A stretch of DNA of 64,000 nt from Podarcis filfolensis (Eukaryota). A program made the translations under genes and the position numbers. The stretch is taken from assembly GCA_964270895.1 (NCBI GenBank), contig OZ185437.1; one strand, given 5' to 3'. Within the stretch, counting starts at the first letter, position 1; every line of letters begins with the position of its first letter. Under the pieces are notes generated by a model, which was not told where the DNA came from, made no database searches, and saw only the letters and a program-made list of their open reading frames with translations. Below are positions 1 through 11,416 of the stretch, in pieces.

Positions 1-2
1 TA

Positions 3-2605
3 GCTTGCACCAGGCGTCCTACTGGGAAGATCCAGTCTTCTGAGTGCATGTTCTGGAAGTTGGGCAATAGGGGCAGTACAGGATTCCTTTTGGTGTACCG
101 GCCTCCCCGCTGCACCAAGGATTCCCTGTCTGAGCTGCTTCAGGTCGTGGCGGATTTTCTCCTGGAGACACCTAGTTTGGTTGTCCTAGGGGATTTTAAC
201 ATCCATGCCGACACGACCTTACAAGGGGCCGCTCGGGACTTCGTGGAAAGCATGGCCTCCATGGGGCTGTCCCTGAATAAGTTTGGCCCAACTCATAGTC
301 ATGGACATGCCTTAGACCTGGTGTTCACCTCTAGTGACGTGGGTGATCTGACACTAAGTAAAAGTGAAACAAAAGAAGTGCCATGGTCAGATCACTTCCT
401 GGTGCAACTGGACTTCTCCGCGACCCTTCCCCTCTGCAGGGAGGTGGGACCAATTCGGATGGTCCGCCCCCGCCACTTAATGGATCCAAATGGTTTCCAG
501 AGAGTGGTAGGGGATGCTTTATCCCATGTTGATGGCCTTTCAGCTGATTCCCTGGTGGCCCGCTGGAATGCGGAGTTAACCAGGGCTATCGACTGTCTGG
601 CTCCGAAGCGCCCTCTCCGATTGCATGGAGCCCGGACAGCCCCGTGGTTTTCTTCGGAGCTGAGGGCGATGAAACAATCGCTGAGACGGCTAGAGCGTCG
701 GTGGCAAAAAACTCACTCCGAATCTGACCGGACACAGGTTAGAGCTCAACTTCGAGCCTACCAAGTGGCGATAGCGACGGCGAAGAAGACTTTCTTCACC
801 GCCTCTATTGCATCTGCAGAAAATAGTAGCAGGAGACTCTTTCAGGTGGTTCGCAATTTAACGGAACCACCTTTACCACCGGGGCCTTGTAAAGACCCCA
901 TGATCTCCTGCAACAATTTTGCAAAGTTTTTTGCAGATAAAATCACTCATATTCGGAAGGAGCTAGACACCACCGTGGGAGCAGGGCTGGGGCGGGAGAG
1001 TGCTAGAGCTCTGTCTGGTCAAGTTGCATGGAATCAATTTCAATCCGTTACCCCCGAGGATGTGGACAGGCTGCTTGGACAAGTGAAACCAACCACCTGT
1101 CTCCTTGATCCTTGCCCATCCTGGCTAATAAAAGCAAGCCGGGAAGGGCTGGGCGATGGGCTCTGCGGGGTGGTGAATGCTTCCCTCTGTGAGGGAACAT
1201 TCCCAGATGCGCTGAAAGAGGCGGTCATTAAACCGCTTCTTAAAAAACCATCTTTAGACCCGGCCAGTATGGCCAACTATCGCCCAGTCTCAAATCTTCC
1301 ATTCTTGGGCAAGGTGATTGAGCGCGTGGTTGCTGAACAACTCCAGGCACGCCTGGAGGATGCGGACCATTTGGATCCCTTCCAATCAGGATTCAGGCCT
1401 CATCATGGGACTGAAACTGCCTTGGTCGCGCTGGTTGATGATCTCCGGTGAGCTAGGGACAAAGGTGAGAGTTGTTTCCTAGTTCTGCTGGATCTCTCAG
1501 CGGCCTTTGATACAATCGACCATAACATCCTTCTGGACCGTCTAGAGGGGCTGGGAGCTGGGGGCACTGTTATGCAGTGGTTTCGCTCCTTCCTCCTGGG
1601 CCGTGTTCAGAAAGTGGTGGTGGGGGATGAGTGCTCAGACCCCTGGGCCCTCACTTGTGGGGTGCCTCAGGGTTCCGTCCTCTCCCCCATGCTTTTTAAC
1701 ATCTATATGAAGCCACTGGGAGAGATCATCAGGGGGTTTGGACTGGGTGTCCATCAATATGCAGATGATACCCAGCTCTACCTCTCTTTCAAATCAGAAC
1801 CAGTGAAGGCGGTGAAGGTCCTGTGTGAGTGCCTGGAGGCAGTTGGAGGATGGATGGCGGCTAATGGATTGAGGTTGAATCCTGACAAGACAGAAGTACT
1901 GTTTTTGGGGGACAGGGGGCGGGCTGGTGTGGAGGACTCCCTGGTCCTGAATATGGTAACTGTGCCCCTGAAGGACCAGGTGCGCAGCCTGGGAGTCATT
2001 TTGGACTCACAGCTGTCCATGGAGGCGCAGGTCAATTCTGTGTCCAGGGCAGCTGTCTACCAACTCCACCTGGTACGCAGGCTGAGACCCTACCTGCCCA
2101 CGGACTGTCTGCCAGAGTGGTGCATGCTCTAGTTATCTCCCGCTTGGACTACTGCAATGCGCTCTACGTGGGGCTACCTTTGAAGGTGACTCAGAAACTA
2201 CAACTAATCCAGAATGCCGCAGCTAGACTGGTGACTGGGGGCGGCCGCCGAGACCACATAACACCGGTCTTGAAAGACCTACATTGGCTCCCAGTACGTT
2301 TCCGAGCACAATTCAAAGTGCTGGTGTTGACCTTTAAAGCCCTAAACGGCCTCGGCCCAGTATACCTGAAGGAGCGTCTCCACCCCCATCGTTCTGCCCG
2401 GATGCTGAGGTCCAGCGCCGAGGGCCTTCTGGCGGTTCCCTCATTGCGAGAAGCAAAGCTACAGGGAACCAGGCAGAGGGCCTTCTCGGTAGTGGCGCCT
2501 GCCCTGTGGAACGCCCTCCCATCGGATGTCAAAGCGATAAACAACTACCTGACATTCAGAAGACATCTTAAGGCAGCCCTGTTCAGGGAAGTTTTTAATC
2601 TGTGA
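3..2605 (+). pseudogene. L2 ORF2 (endonuclease + reverse transcriptase) broken by one nonsense codon and one frameshift
   Basis: ORFs 48-1451, 1572-2132 and 2117-2605 join into one ORF2. TGA at 1449-1451. One C is missing at about 2109 relative to the two sister copies (ctgtctCgc). Confidence 0.9.
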
Positions 2606-2690
2606 TATTTTAGTGTATTTTTGGTTTTCTATGGAAGCCGCCCAGAGTGGCTGGGGAAACCCAGCCAGATGGGCGGGGTACAAATAATAA

Positions 2691-2734
<44 letters not shown>
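2691..2734 (+). repeat. (ATT)n microsatellite, L2 3' tail
   Basis: Direct sequence. Confidence 0.95.
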
Positions 2735-2957
2735 CACCTGTTTTAAAAGGAAAGCCTGTGCAACAGTATGTGGTGGTTGTGCTGTGGTGTGGTGGTGCTG
2801 TGGTGGAGAGTATTTGTTTGCCTTAAGGAGCAGTTACTCTGTATGGACTGTTTTTGTAAATACCTGTATATAGCTCACATTAAAAAGACTGCACTGGAAA
2901 AACCTGGGACTCTGAGCGTTTCTGCTAAAAGCGCCGCGAGGAATTCGCGACAGGGTA

Positions 2958-3737
2958 TGGGGGATTCCCTGGTCTTGAATGGGGTAACTGTGCCCCTGAA
3001 GGACCAGGTGCGCAGCCTGGGAGTCATTTTGGACTCACAGCTGTCCATGGAGGCGCAGGTTAACTCTGTGTCCAGGGCAGCTGTCTACCAGCTCCACCTG
3101 GTACGCAGGCTAAGACCCTACCTGCCCGCAAACTGTCTCGCTAGAGTGGTGCATGCTCTAGTTATCTCACGCTTGGACTACTGAAACACACTCTACGTGG
3201 GGCTACCTTTGAAGGTGACCCGGAAACTGCAATTAATCCAGAATGCGGCAGCTAGACTGGTGACTGGGAGTGGCCGCCGGGACCACATAACACCGGTTCT
3301 GAGAGATCTGCATTGGCTCCCAGTACGTTTCCGAGCATGATTCAAAGTGTTGGTGCTGACCCTTAAAGCCCTAAACGGCCTCGGTCCTGTATACCTGAAG
3401 GAGCGTCTCCACCCCCATCGTTCAGCCCGGACACTGAGGTCCAGCGCCGAGGGCTTTCTGGCGGTTCCCTCATTGCAAGAAGTGAGGCTACAGGGAACCA
3501 GACAGAGGGCCTTCTCGGTAGTGGTGCCCGCCCTGTGGAACGCCCTCCCATCAGATGTCAAAGAGATAAACAATTACCTGACATTCAGAAGACATCTTAA
3601 GGAAGCCCTGTTCAGGGAAGTTTTTAATATGTAACGCTGTACTGTTTTTAACACTTCATTGGGAGCCACCCAGGGTGGCTAGGGAGACTCAGCCAGATGG
3701 GCGGGGTATAAATAATAAATTATTATATTATTATATT
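2958..3737 (+). mobile_element. 5'-truncated L2 copy, more diverged, different 3' UTR
   Basis: Aligns to 1930-2690, has in-frame stops, ends in AAT/ATT tail. Confidence 0.92.
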
Positions 3738-4109
3738 AAATCATATTTGGCCAGTTTATAAGAATGTGGCACTAAAAGCACGTCCAAAATAGCCAAGAGC
3801 TGATGGTCATACAACTGACTGGCAACGATTTCAGAACAGACCCCCAAAAAGTTAAGAAAAATACCATCATGTAATACACAACTGCGGTCACTTGGCAATG
3901 AAAAGCTGCATATAAACACATCGAATAAATAATAAAAACATTATTTTGTGGAATTCACTGCTTCTGAAGATGGTCATTGCAACTAGTTTGATTGGCTTTG
4001 AAAGATGAGTTCATTGAGGATAGGTCTAGCAAAAACGTTTGGCATGATAGGCCAAATGGACCCTCTAGTGTCGGAGGTGGTATACCACTGATCAGAATGT
4101 ATTGGGATG

Positions 4110-4240
4110 TGGCAGTTGGGAACAGGTATTGATTGCTATGTCCTGCATGTGGACCTCTCAAAAGTACCTGGCTGACCCCTGCGGGGGATGCTGGACTAGA
4201 AAGACCTTTGGGTCTGATCAAGCAGGTAATTTCTGATATA
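4110..4240 (+). mobile_element. Degenerate CR1-type 3' end fragment
   Basis: gctggactagaaagacctttgggtctgatcaagcagg resembles the CR1 3' terminus seen at 37260-37313. Confidence 0.5.
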
Positions 4241-4271
4241 TGTAGCCTATAAAAGCAAAAGAGAGTCAAAC

Positions 4272-4414
4272 CTGATGTCTTGATATGGAACAAAATCCTT
4301 GTCAACGAAGGCTTCATTAATTTTCATCAACACATCCATGCCTTCTGTTACTTCACCGAAGACTGTATGTACACCATTCAGGTATTCTAAGTTGTCTCCT
4401 GTAGTAATAAGAAA
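4272..4414 (-). CDS. PPIL4: PPIL4 coding exon 5 (143 nt), cyclophilin domain
   Basis: FLITTGDNLEYLNGVHTVFGEVTEGMDVLMKINEAFVDKDFVPYQDIR; AG/GT flanks; phase consistent. Confidence 0.96.
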
Positions 4415-5253
4415 CTAAAAAAACCCAAATCTATTTTGAGTTAACTGCATGGTGGAAATCTCCAGGTATTTTAAGATGTTTTCTTTGAGACTGTTTGCTA
4501 TCAACAGCAGCTTTCAATACCATCAATCATGGTATATTCTGAACGGGATTAGGAACTACAGGCAATATATTGTTTTTTCTGGAGGGCAGGTTCCAGAAGA
4601 GAGGCTATTGTAAAATGTTATGTGTTACATGTGGGGCTGCTTTTTAAGATGGTTTGGAAACTTCAGCTAGGACAAAATATAGAAGCCTGCCTGTTAATAA
4701 GTGCAGACTGATATTCACATGGCTGTTTTGAAACATCTGCACTGGTTGCTGTCCAGTACCATTTGGAAATATTGGTTCTCAGTTTTAGGTCCTGACTCTC
4801 TCAGGGATCATCAGCTTTGAGATTTCCCTCTCCTCCCAAAGATTATACATTTACATTTTTATGCCTTTCCAAACCTAAGAGTGCTAAAGTCATGTAAAAA
4901 TCTAAAACATTTTAAAATTTACATACTTGCCACAATATTAATAACTATCTCATCTTGCTTGACACTGTGAACAAGTAAAAGGAAGACAATACTGTATAGG
5001 AATTTTGTGCATGTGCTTTATTGTGGTTTTTAGAGTCAATGCTCTTCTATTTATCCACAATGTCAATCTATTTAAGTATTAGTTTGTGTTTTTAATGTTG
5101 TGGCAAGTCTTGTTAGTAGCTGTTCTTTAAGAACATATCTGTATCATGTGCATGGATTATGCCCAGTCAAATTGTTATTTTAATTCTTTGTGGCATCACT
5201 CCTTTCACTTATCCCATGTTTCTTGTAAGACTCTTCCAGTGCTGTGGACTGAC

Positions 5254-5371
5254 CTGAGATCCATGCTGATCACTGCCATTGTTCACCATTGACACTGTAC
5301 CCCTTTTCTTGTGTTTAATTCTTGGCACTTTTTCTGTTTCAAAAAATCTAGCTTGATCCCCATACAATTTG
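5254..5371 (-). CDS. PPIL4: PPIL4 coding exon 4 (118 nt)
   Basis: QLYGDQARFFETEKVPRIKHKKRGTVSMVNNGSDQHGSQ; tttcag / gtcagt flanks. Confidence 0.96.
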
Positions 5372-6109
5372 CTGAAACACACAAAGGTAATATTCAGACA
5401 AAAAAAAACTAAACAAATGTTATAGTCTACTTACATCTTTCCTCCACAAGAATAGAAAATGATCAGTTATTGGCGGTGCTTGTAATACTGGTAATTAGTG
5501 TTTTAAACTTCATTATAAGTGCCTCAGTCCAACAATCAGTTTAAAATACTCCAATATGCATGCAAAGCTCTTCTATTAAGATCATCACTATTTGTTTCAA
5601 TAGGAGACCAAGATGCAAACATATTCCTTTCAAATGAATAGGGTACATCAAATAATGTAGGACCTCTCTGTGTGCCTAAGAAACTCTTAATAGGGTAACT
5701 ACACCCACGTTCACAAGCTTTTAGAACTGCTTTTAGAAAAACAATACATTTGCCTTGATCCGTCAAGCATGCATCTAGTTCCATGTGTTCAAAGGAGTGG
5801 TGTGAATCTTGTTGGATTGGCTACGGAGATGAGAAAAATATTCATTTCCATTTTTAAAAGAGTAATGTTCCATACAAGGGAATCTCCTTTCTTTAGACAG
5901 CTGAACACAAAATTTGTCAGCATTACTGGAGGGGGAAGAACACCTAAGATAGACAGTCCAGATAAGGTCTATTGGTCTTTTTGCTGGGCTTAATTACCCA
6001 ATGAATTGTCCGTTCCAATGCATGCTTACTTGGGCAAAGGTCCCACAGTGTCCAAAGAGACTCACTTCCTGGTAAGCATACACAGATTCAAGATCTAAAT
6101 GAAACTCAC

Positions 6110-6174
6110 CAAAAAATGGATTCACCTCCACGGCCAGTCCCCTGTGGGTCTCCAGTTTGTATGATAAAATCTCT
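6110..6174 (-). CDS. PPIL4: PPIL4 coding exon 3 (65 nt)
   Basis: RDFIIQTGDPQGTGRGGESIF; attcag / gtgagt flanks. Confidence 0.96.
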
Positions 6175-6540
6175 CTGAATGAATGCAAAGCACATATAAA
6201 AAGTTATTTAATGTTACCTATCACCATAGTTTATTATTATTATAATTTATTAAATTTCTATACCACCCCTTATCCAAAGATCACAGGGCAGTTTACGAGT
6301 TTTAGAAAAATAGGTTTATTAAAATTTACTGCTTGCACTGACGTTTGTATGATGCAGACTGCAAAGCTATTATTTCCAATATACAGTACAGGTGAAGTGA
6401 GCTAAGATTTCCTAGATCTAAGTTCAACTCTCTTTATCAACTGTATAGCACAAAATCTTTAAAGTGTTTAGTGATTTAAATGTTCAGTTAAAAAAAATAA
6501 AAACCATGACAAATACTAATCAATCATAACAAATACTTAC

Positions 6541-6608
6541 TTGTATATTATGTATAAGGCAGTAATTGTAGTACTTGATTTTGCAGAGCTTCAGAAAATT
6601 CAGGCAAG
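6541..6608 (-). CDS. PPIL4: PPIL4 coding exon 2 (68 nt)
   Basis: ACLNFLKLCKIKYYNYCLIHNIQ; ttgcag / gtaagt flanks. Confidence 0.96.
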
Positions 6609-6982
6609 CTGCAAGAAATTTAAAGCAAATAAACCAGTCTGCATGTTTTGCTTAATAAAAGAAACTTTCACTGTTCCTCCATTATACATAGGAACAACAA
6701 AATCCACAACACATCAATGCCTGCAATAAGAGGCTAGTAGAAACAAACCCTGTGCCAAGGTTGTCACTCTAGTCAACACTTAACAGAAATTTCAGAATAC
6801 AGAAGTCATCCTGAGTAAAATAACAGTGAAAAGATGATGTTCAGATGTTAAATGGGGTTGCACTCCCTTTAAAGGAGCAGGTGTGCAGTTTAGGAATGCT
6901 TCTGGAACCATGGCTCTCTTTGGAGGCACAAGTAGCCTGGATGGTGCAGCATTTTCCACCAGCTTTGGCTGGAGGCCTAGAT

Positions 6983-7275
6983 CAGGAGTCGGCAAGGTTT
7001 ACCTCGCTTGGGCCGGTTCACTCCAGCGGAAATCCCTCCGTGGGCTGGATCGCACATGCGGCCGCGATTTCCGGTGTCTGCGCAGACACGATTTTTAGCA
7101 TCTGAGCATGCACAGATGTGATTTCCAGCACTGCAGAAGCGAGTTCCCATGTTGCACTGGTTTAGTGCAGTGCATGGGGACTCACCGAGCAGGCGGCTTG
7201 GTGGCAGCTTGTGGGCCGGTTAAACGTCCCCCGTGGGCCACTTGTGGCCCATGGGCCTTAGGTTGTCTGCCCGTG
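6983..7275. mobile_element. hAT (Charlie-like) MITE
   Basis: Imperfect TIRs caggagtcggcaagg / aggttgtctgcccgtg; 8-bp TSD GCCTAGAT at 6975-6982 and 7276-7283. Confidence 0.85.
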
Positions 7276-7451
7276 GCCTAGATGCTACTCTATCTGGACA
7301 GAGATAACATAGATTCAATTATTTATATGTTGATAACCTCTAGGTTAAACTACTACAATGCTTTATACATGGGGCTGCCTCTGAAAACAGTTCAGAAGTT
7401 ACACTGTTGCAAAATTTAGTGGCCAGATTACTGAGACCAGAAGGTCTGAGT

Positions 7452-7797
7452 AAAGGTAAAGGTAAAGGGACCCCTGGCCATTAGGTCCAGTCGCGGACGA
7501 CTCTGGGGTTGCGGCGCGCATCTCACTTTACTGGCCAAGGGAGCCTGCGTACAGCTTCCTGGTCATGTGGCCAGCATGACTAAGCCGCTTCTGGAGAACC
7601 AGAGCAGCGCACGGAAATGCCGTTTACCTTCCCACTGGAGTGGTACCTATTTATCCGCTTGCACTGCATGCTTTCGAACTGCTATGTTAGTAGGAGCAGG
7701 GACTGGGAGCTCACCCCATTGCAGGGATTCGAACCGCTGACCTCCTGATCGGCAAACCACAGGCTCTGTGGTTTAACCCACAGCGCCACCCGTGCCC
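7452..7797 (-). mobile_element. Sauria SINE, full length
   Basis: Reverse complement of the 26904-27248 copy; (ACCTTT)n tail; tRNA-like head. Confidence 0.93.
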
Positions 7798-8263
7798 CTT
7801 ACAGAACATCTGAGTACAGTACACCAATTATGTCCAGATTGCAATAGCTACTGATTAGTTTCTGTAATCAATTCAAAGTGCTTGTTTTGACCTATCAAGC
7901 CCTATAGTTCAGGACCTCAAGGACTGCCTCTTCCCACATGAACGAATCCATACCTTGCAGTATTTATCCTACTCGCATAGATCCTACTCACAATTAGAAA
8001 AACTTCAGTTGCTTAATCTTTGGGTGTCAAGCTACTGCCAAAGGCATGAGGCAAAACCAATAAACAAAGCAAAAGAAAGACGGCATTTTTAAAATAATCC
8101 TGGTAGGATTCCTGAAGAATCAATGAAAGTTGTCTCCTGGAAGCAACTGTACTTGTAGAAATATATATCCCAAGAGAGACTGTGCTAGAGGATCTACGCT
8201 TTGCTCTCAGTATCTACAACGTTGCAAAGGATGTTGTTTGCTTCTAGACTGCACAGTCTAGCC

Positions 8264-8398
8264 CAGCCTTTCCCGACTTGGTGCCCTCTAAATTTGGGGG
8301 CCACAACTCCCTTCAGCCCCAGCCAACATGGACTACGGGAGCTCTAGTCCAAACCATCTGGATGACACCCTCCCACCCCCAAAGGTGGGAGAAGGCAG
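8264..8398. mobile_element. Degenerate hAT MITE (ctacaactccc family)
   Basis: Similar to the intact copy at 59188-59325. Confidence 0.65.
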
Positions 8399-8399
8399 G

Positions 8400-9070
8400 T
8401 CGGGCCACTTGGAGGCACACCACCTAGGGCCGCTCCTGCGGGGCGGTGTGCAGAAACCCAACCGGTGCAGCGCAGAAATGCAACGAGGGAGGAAAAACTC
8501 CATGGCGGCTCCTGAAGGCCGCGCCGGAGAGGGACACTCGGGAGAGGCATCCGCAGCCTGTTCAGCCTTCTGCTGGCGGACGCCGGAGCTTCCTCTCACC
8601 TCTCGGCCTCTCCTCCGTGTACAAGTCGATCACCAGGTCTCCCAGCGTGGTTTCCAGGAGCACCGCCATGGCGCCTCGCTCCGCTTCCCGGCGGCCTCCC
8701 TCGCCCCGGAAGGAGCCGCCTCAGCGCCGCTCCGCCTTTTCCTCCCCTGCTTGGCAACAGACTCACGCGCTCAGAAGCCGCCTCCTTTAGGCACCATTTT
8801 GTGGCGGTGGTAAAAAACCGCCCGGAGAAAACACTGGGTTTTCCATAGGTCTGACTGGCCGGAGCGGGACCGGGACCAGCCTTTTCCCCATAAAACAGGT
8901 CGCAGCAGAGGCAGAAGCTTCTGCTGTTTCCGGCGAGGCAGCTCATGCTTCGCGTGGTGAAGGCGCAGCGCCCCTGCCTGGAAGTGACTGCAGCGCGAAA
9001 CTTCTGCCTGCAGTTCTGACCGGCGATCCGCTCGAGCGGGGGATGCTTGAACTACCTGCGCGGACCTTGG
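8400..9070 (-). promoter_or_regulatory. PPIL4: CpG island / promoter of PPIL4
   Basis: CpG-dense GC-rich block over exon 1; ETS-like (ccggaa, ggaagtg) and YY1-like (ccattttg) motifs. Confidence 0.8.
8600..8669 (-). CDS. PPIL4: PPIL4 coding exon 1 (70 nt); peptidyl-prolyl isomerase-like 4
   Basis: MAVLLETTLGDLVIDLYTEERPR; Kozak gccATGG; donor G/gtgaga. Confidence 0.97.
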
Positions 9071-9647
9071 TTGCAAGTGCAACCAGAGAACTGCCTTATC
9101 CCTACCTCTAACCTGCGATAGAGTGGTGATTTTCATTGAGCTCGTGGAAGTCGCTTTCCAACACAGACTACGGACCCCATAGTATAATTGCATTGGCATT
9201 GGTGGGGCAAAGTTTCAAATGCTTTAAACTCACAAAAACACATTTTTAAAAACCGCTATGACATAAATCCTTCCTTTCGCCCACTCACAACTGTTCGGAA
9301 TTTCTCCAGTGCAGTCCATTGGCAGCTCTAACTTCTTTCTCCTGGAATTAAACAGCTGCAGAAGGAGCCTGGATGTTATGTCTCACTGCTCTATAACTCT
9401 AACTAAACTCCCTATCTCTATGGTTACAGCAGCTGGAAGCAGTGCCTGCAGCGCCGCGGCCAAACGAACCTCTCTGAACGCGCATAAATTGGGGAGGGGG
9501 CGCTGACTGTACCTAACAGTAAATTGTGCTTTGTGGAGGGCATACACATATTTCACAAGAACACCACTGAACCTGCAATTTGCTGTTTCCCTTTCAATTG
9601 CTCCTTCCCTCTGAGCCGCCAGGCATAGAAAAATTCAGGAGTTAAAC

Positions 9648-9807
9648 CATAGGCGTAGCCAGGATTTTTGTTAGGGGGGGGCTGGACTTTTCGGGGTGGG
9701 GGAAGAACCGACGTAATTGTTCAGTTTGTTAAGTATTTCTATTGTTTTACTGTGCTTGATGTAGGGGGGTGCAGCTGCCCCCTGCCCCCCCATTGGCTAT
9801 GCTCATG
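9648..9807. mobile_element. hAT (Tip100-like) MITE
   Basis: TIRs cataggcgtagcc / ggctatgctcatg; 8-bp TSD AGTTAAAC at 9640-9647 and 9808-9815. Confidence 0.85.
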
Positions 9808-10473
9808 AGTTAAACTGAGCAGTGAAGGAGTAATGGCTAAGTAATTATTCATATGTCCCCATCAACATTCAACATAGCAACTGTAAATCATTCACTAAAC
9901 AAATGGAAAGAGATCCCAGTAGGAATTGATTTGACAGAACGAAGTGGTTTAGGAGGAGTTATTGCCATCAATCCCATCCACAAATGAATCAACCGCATTA
10001 CATTCACAAATTCTCAAAATACGTTTTTATTCTTGACAAGTTTAGATTCCCAGGTATGAACACTTTTTTGTCGGGGTGGGGTGGGGATAAAGTAACTTCT
10101 TTCCAGGCACACCTGGATTTTAATTACTACAGTACTTTCGTCCCATTAATAGACTGGCTTTATGCAGCACATTGATTTCAATGGGATTAGGCAATTTGGA
10201 TCATGCAGCAAGGTGATTCATGTCCTGATAGTTAGTCCATGTGAAATGGACTAACATGCATTTTGCTTCATAGTAAATATTTTTTAAAACAAAAAACCTG
10301 ATTTTTAGTGTGCTTTTTTAGACCCTCATGAAATGGCGAAACAGCCAAGTGTTGCACTCTTTTCAGAGAGGCAACCATACCCGCCTTTAGAATAACAACT
10401 TACTCATTAACCCATTGCATTGGTAAGTGTGTTCATTGGGGTTTACTCTCAGGATTACAGCATCACAGCCTCT

Positions 10474-10690
10474 TAAGAACATAAGAGCCATCCGCTGGAT
10501 CAGGCCAAGGGCCCATCTAGTCCAGCCTCCTGTTCTCACAGTGGCCAACAAGATGCCTGCAGGAAATCCCCAAGAAGGACTAGAGCAAGAGCACTCTCCC
10601 CTCCTGCAGTGTCCAGCAGCTGGCATTCAGAAGCTGTTGCCTCTCACCTTAGAGAGCAATAGCCATCATGGCTAGTCGCCACTGCATTGT
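10474..10690 (-). mobile_element. CR1 LINE 3' end fragment
   Basis: aagaacataagagcc...ggatcaggccaagggcccatctagtccagc is the reverse of the CR1 terminus at 37178-37313. Confidence 0.8.
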
Positions 10691-11323
10691 TTACTCTTCC
10701 AGGTTCCTCTGCAATTACAACAGACGACTACCACAGAGATGGCCTTTCCCATGGTGACATTTCAGCTTTGCAATTCTCTGCCCAGAGAAGCTTGCTTGGT
10801 GCCCACACTAATGTATTTCTGGTGCCAAGGAAAAACGTTTTTTGAATTCCCAGGCTTTTAAACTTTATCTGTTTTATTTGTTTTGTTTTGTTTTCCAAAT
10901 AAAAATGCTGCCTTTTGCTTTGTTTCAACTTTCTGTTTTGTTTTTAGCATTATTCCTTTCTGCTGTTTTTAACCCCACCTAAATAATATTCGAAGGCGGG
11001 GGAAAACTCTGTATGGTAATACACAAAAATATAATGCTCTGGTGGGCATTATCAGGGGATGGATGCTGAGGAGCCTTCAGTGGTACCGTATGCACACTGA
11101 ATAAAGCGGGATTTATTGCTGACTAAACCTGCATGCCTATTCTCATCTCTGCTAATTTGAGGAAGGAGGACTAATTTATTTGAGACAGGTTCCTCTTTCC
11201 ACCGCGCAAATCTCCTCTGGGCTGTTTGGCTCCAACTCCTAAGCCTTTCCCAAGGGAAACCTTTTTGACACGGCCTTTCTCCTGCCCTCAGCAGCACCTC
11301 TCCTAATCCTGCATCTTTCCCGG

Positions 11324-11416
11324 TTGTGTTGTTGTTGCTGCTGCTGCTGCTGCTACTGTCTCCTCCTCCTCCTCTCCTCTCCTCTCCTCTCCTCTCCTCT
11401 CCTCTCCCCTCCCCTG
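11324..11416 (+). repeat. Compound microsatellite (GTT)n-(CTG)n-(CTC)n-(CTCCT)n at the GINM1 promoter / 5' UTR
   Basis: Direct sequence. Confidence 0.9.

Larger units (their letters stand above)
1..2734 (+). mobile_element. L2-clade LINE, long young copy (5' part outside window), antisense within PPIL4 intron 5
   Basis: APE endonuclease motifs (VVLGDFNIH, SDHFLV), RT motifs (YRPVSNL, QSGFR, GVPQGSVLSP, YADDTQLY, LNPDKTE), L2-type C-terminus (ISRLDYCN, LHWLPV), short 3' UTR and (ATT)n tail. Confidence 0.95.
6845..7935 (+). mobile_element. Old L2 fragment interrupted by a hAT MITE and a Sauria SINE
   Basis: LNGVALPLKEQVCSLG matches L2 ORF2; L2-like sequence resumes at 7284-7450 and 7800-7935. 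Confidence 0.75.

Noticed and set aside
2459-2737. Poly-Ile ORF, and the poly-Cys / poly-Leu ORFs at 11324-11625
   Set aside because: Translations of microsatellites
2191-3573. Recurrent antisense ORFs (MFIALTSDGRAFHRAG..., MGGRSTG...) also seen at 35265-35645
   Set aside because: Shadow frames of L2 ORF2, repeated only because the L2 copies are homologous
8328-9199. Multiple ORFs around PPIL4 exon 1
   Set aside because: CpG-island artefacts; only the 70-nt exon matches a protein
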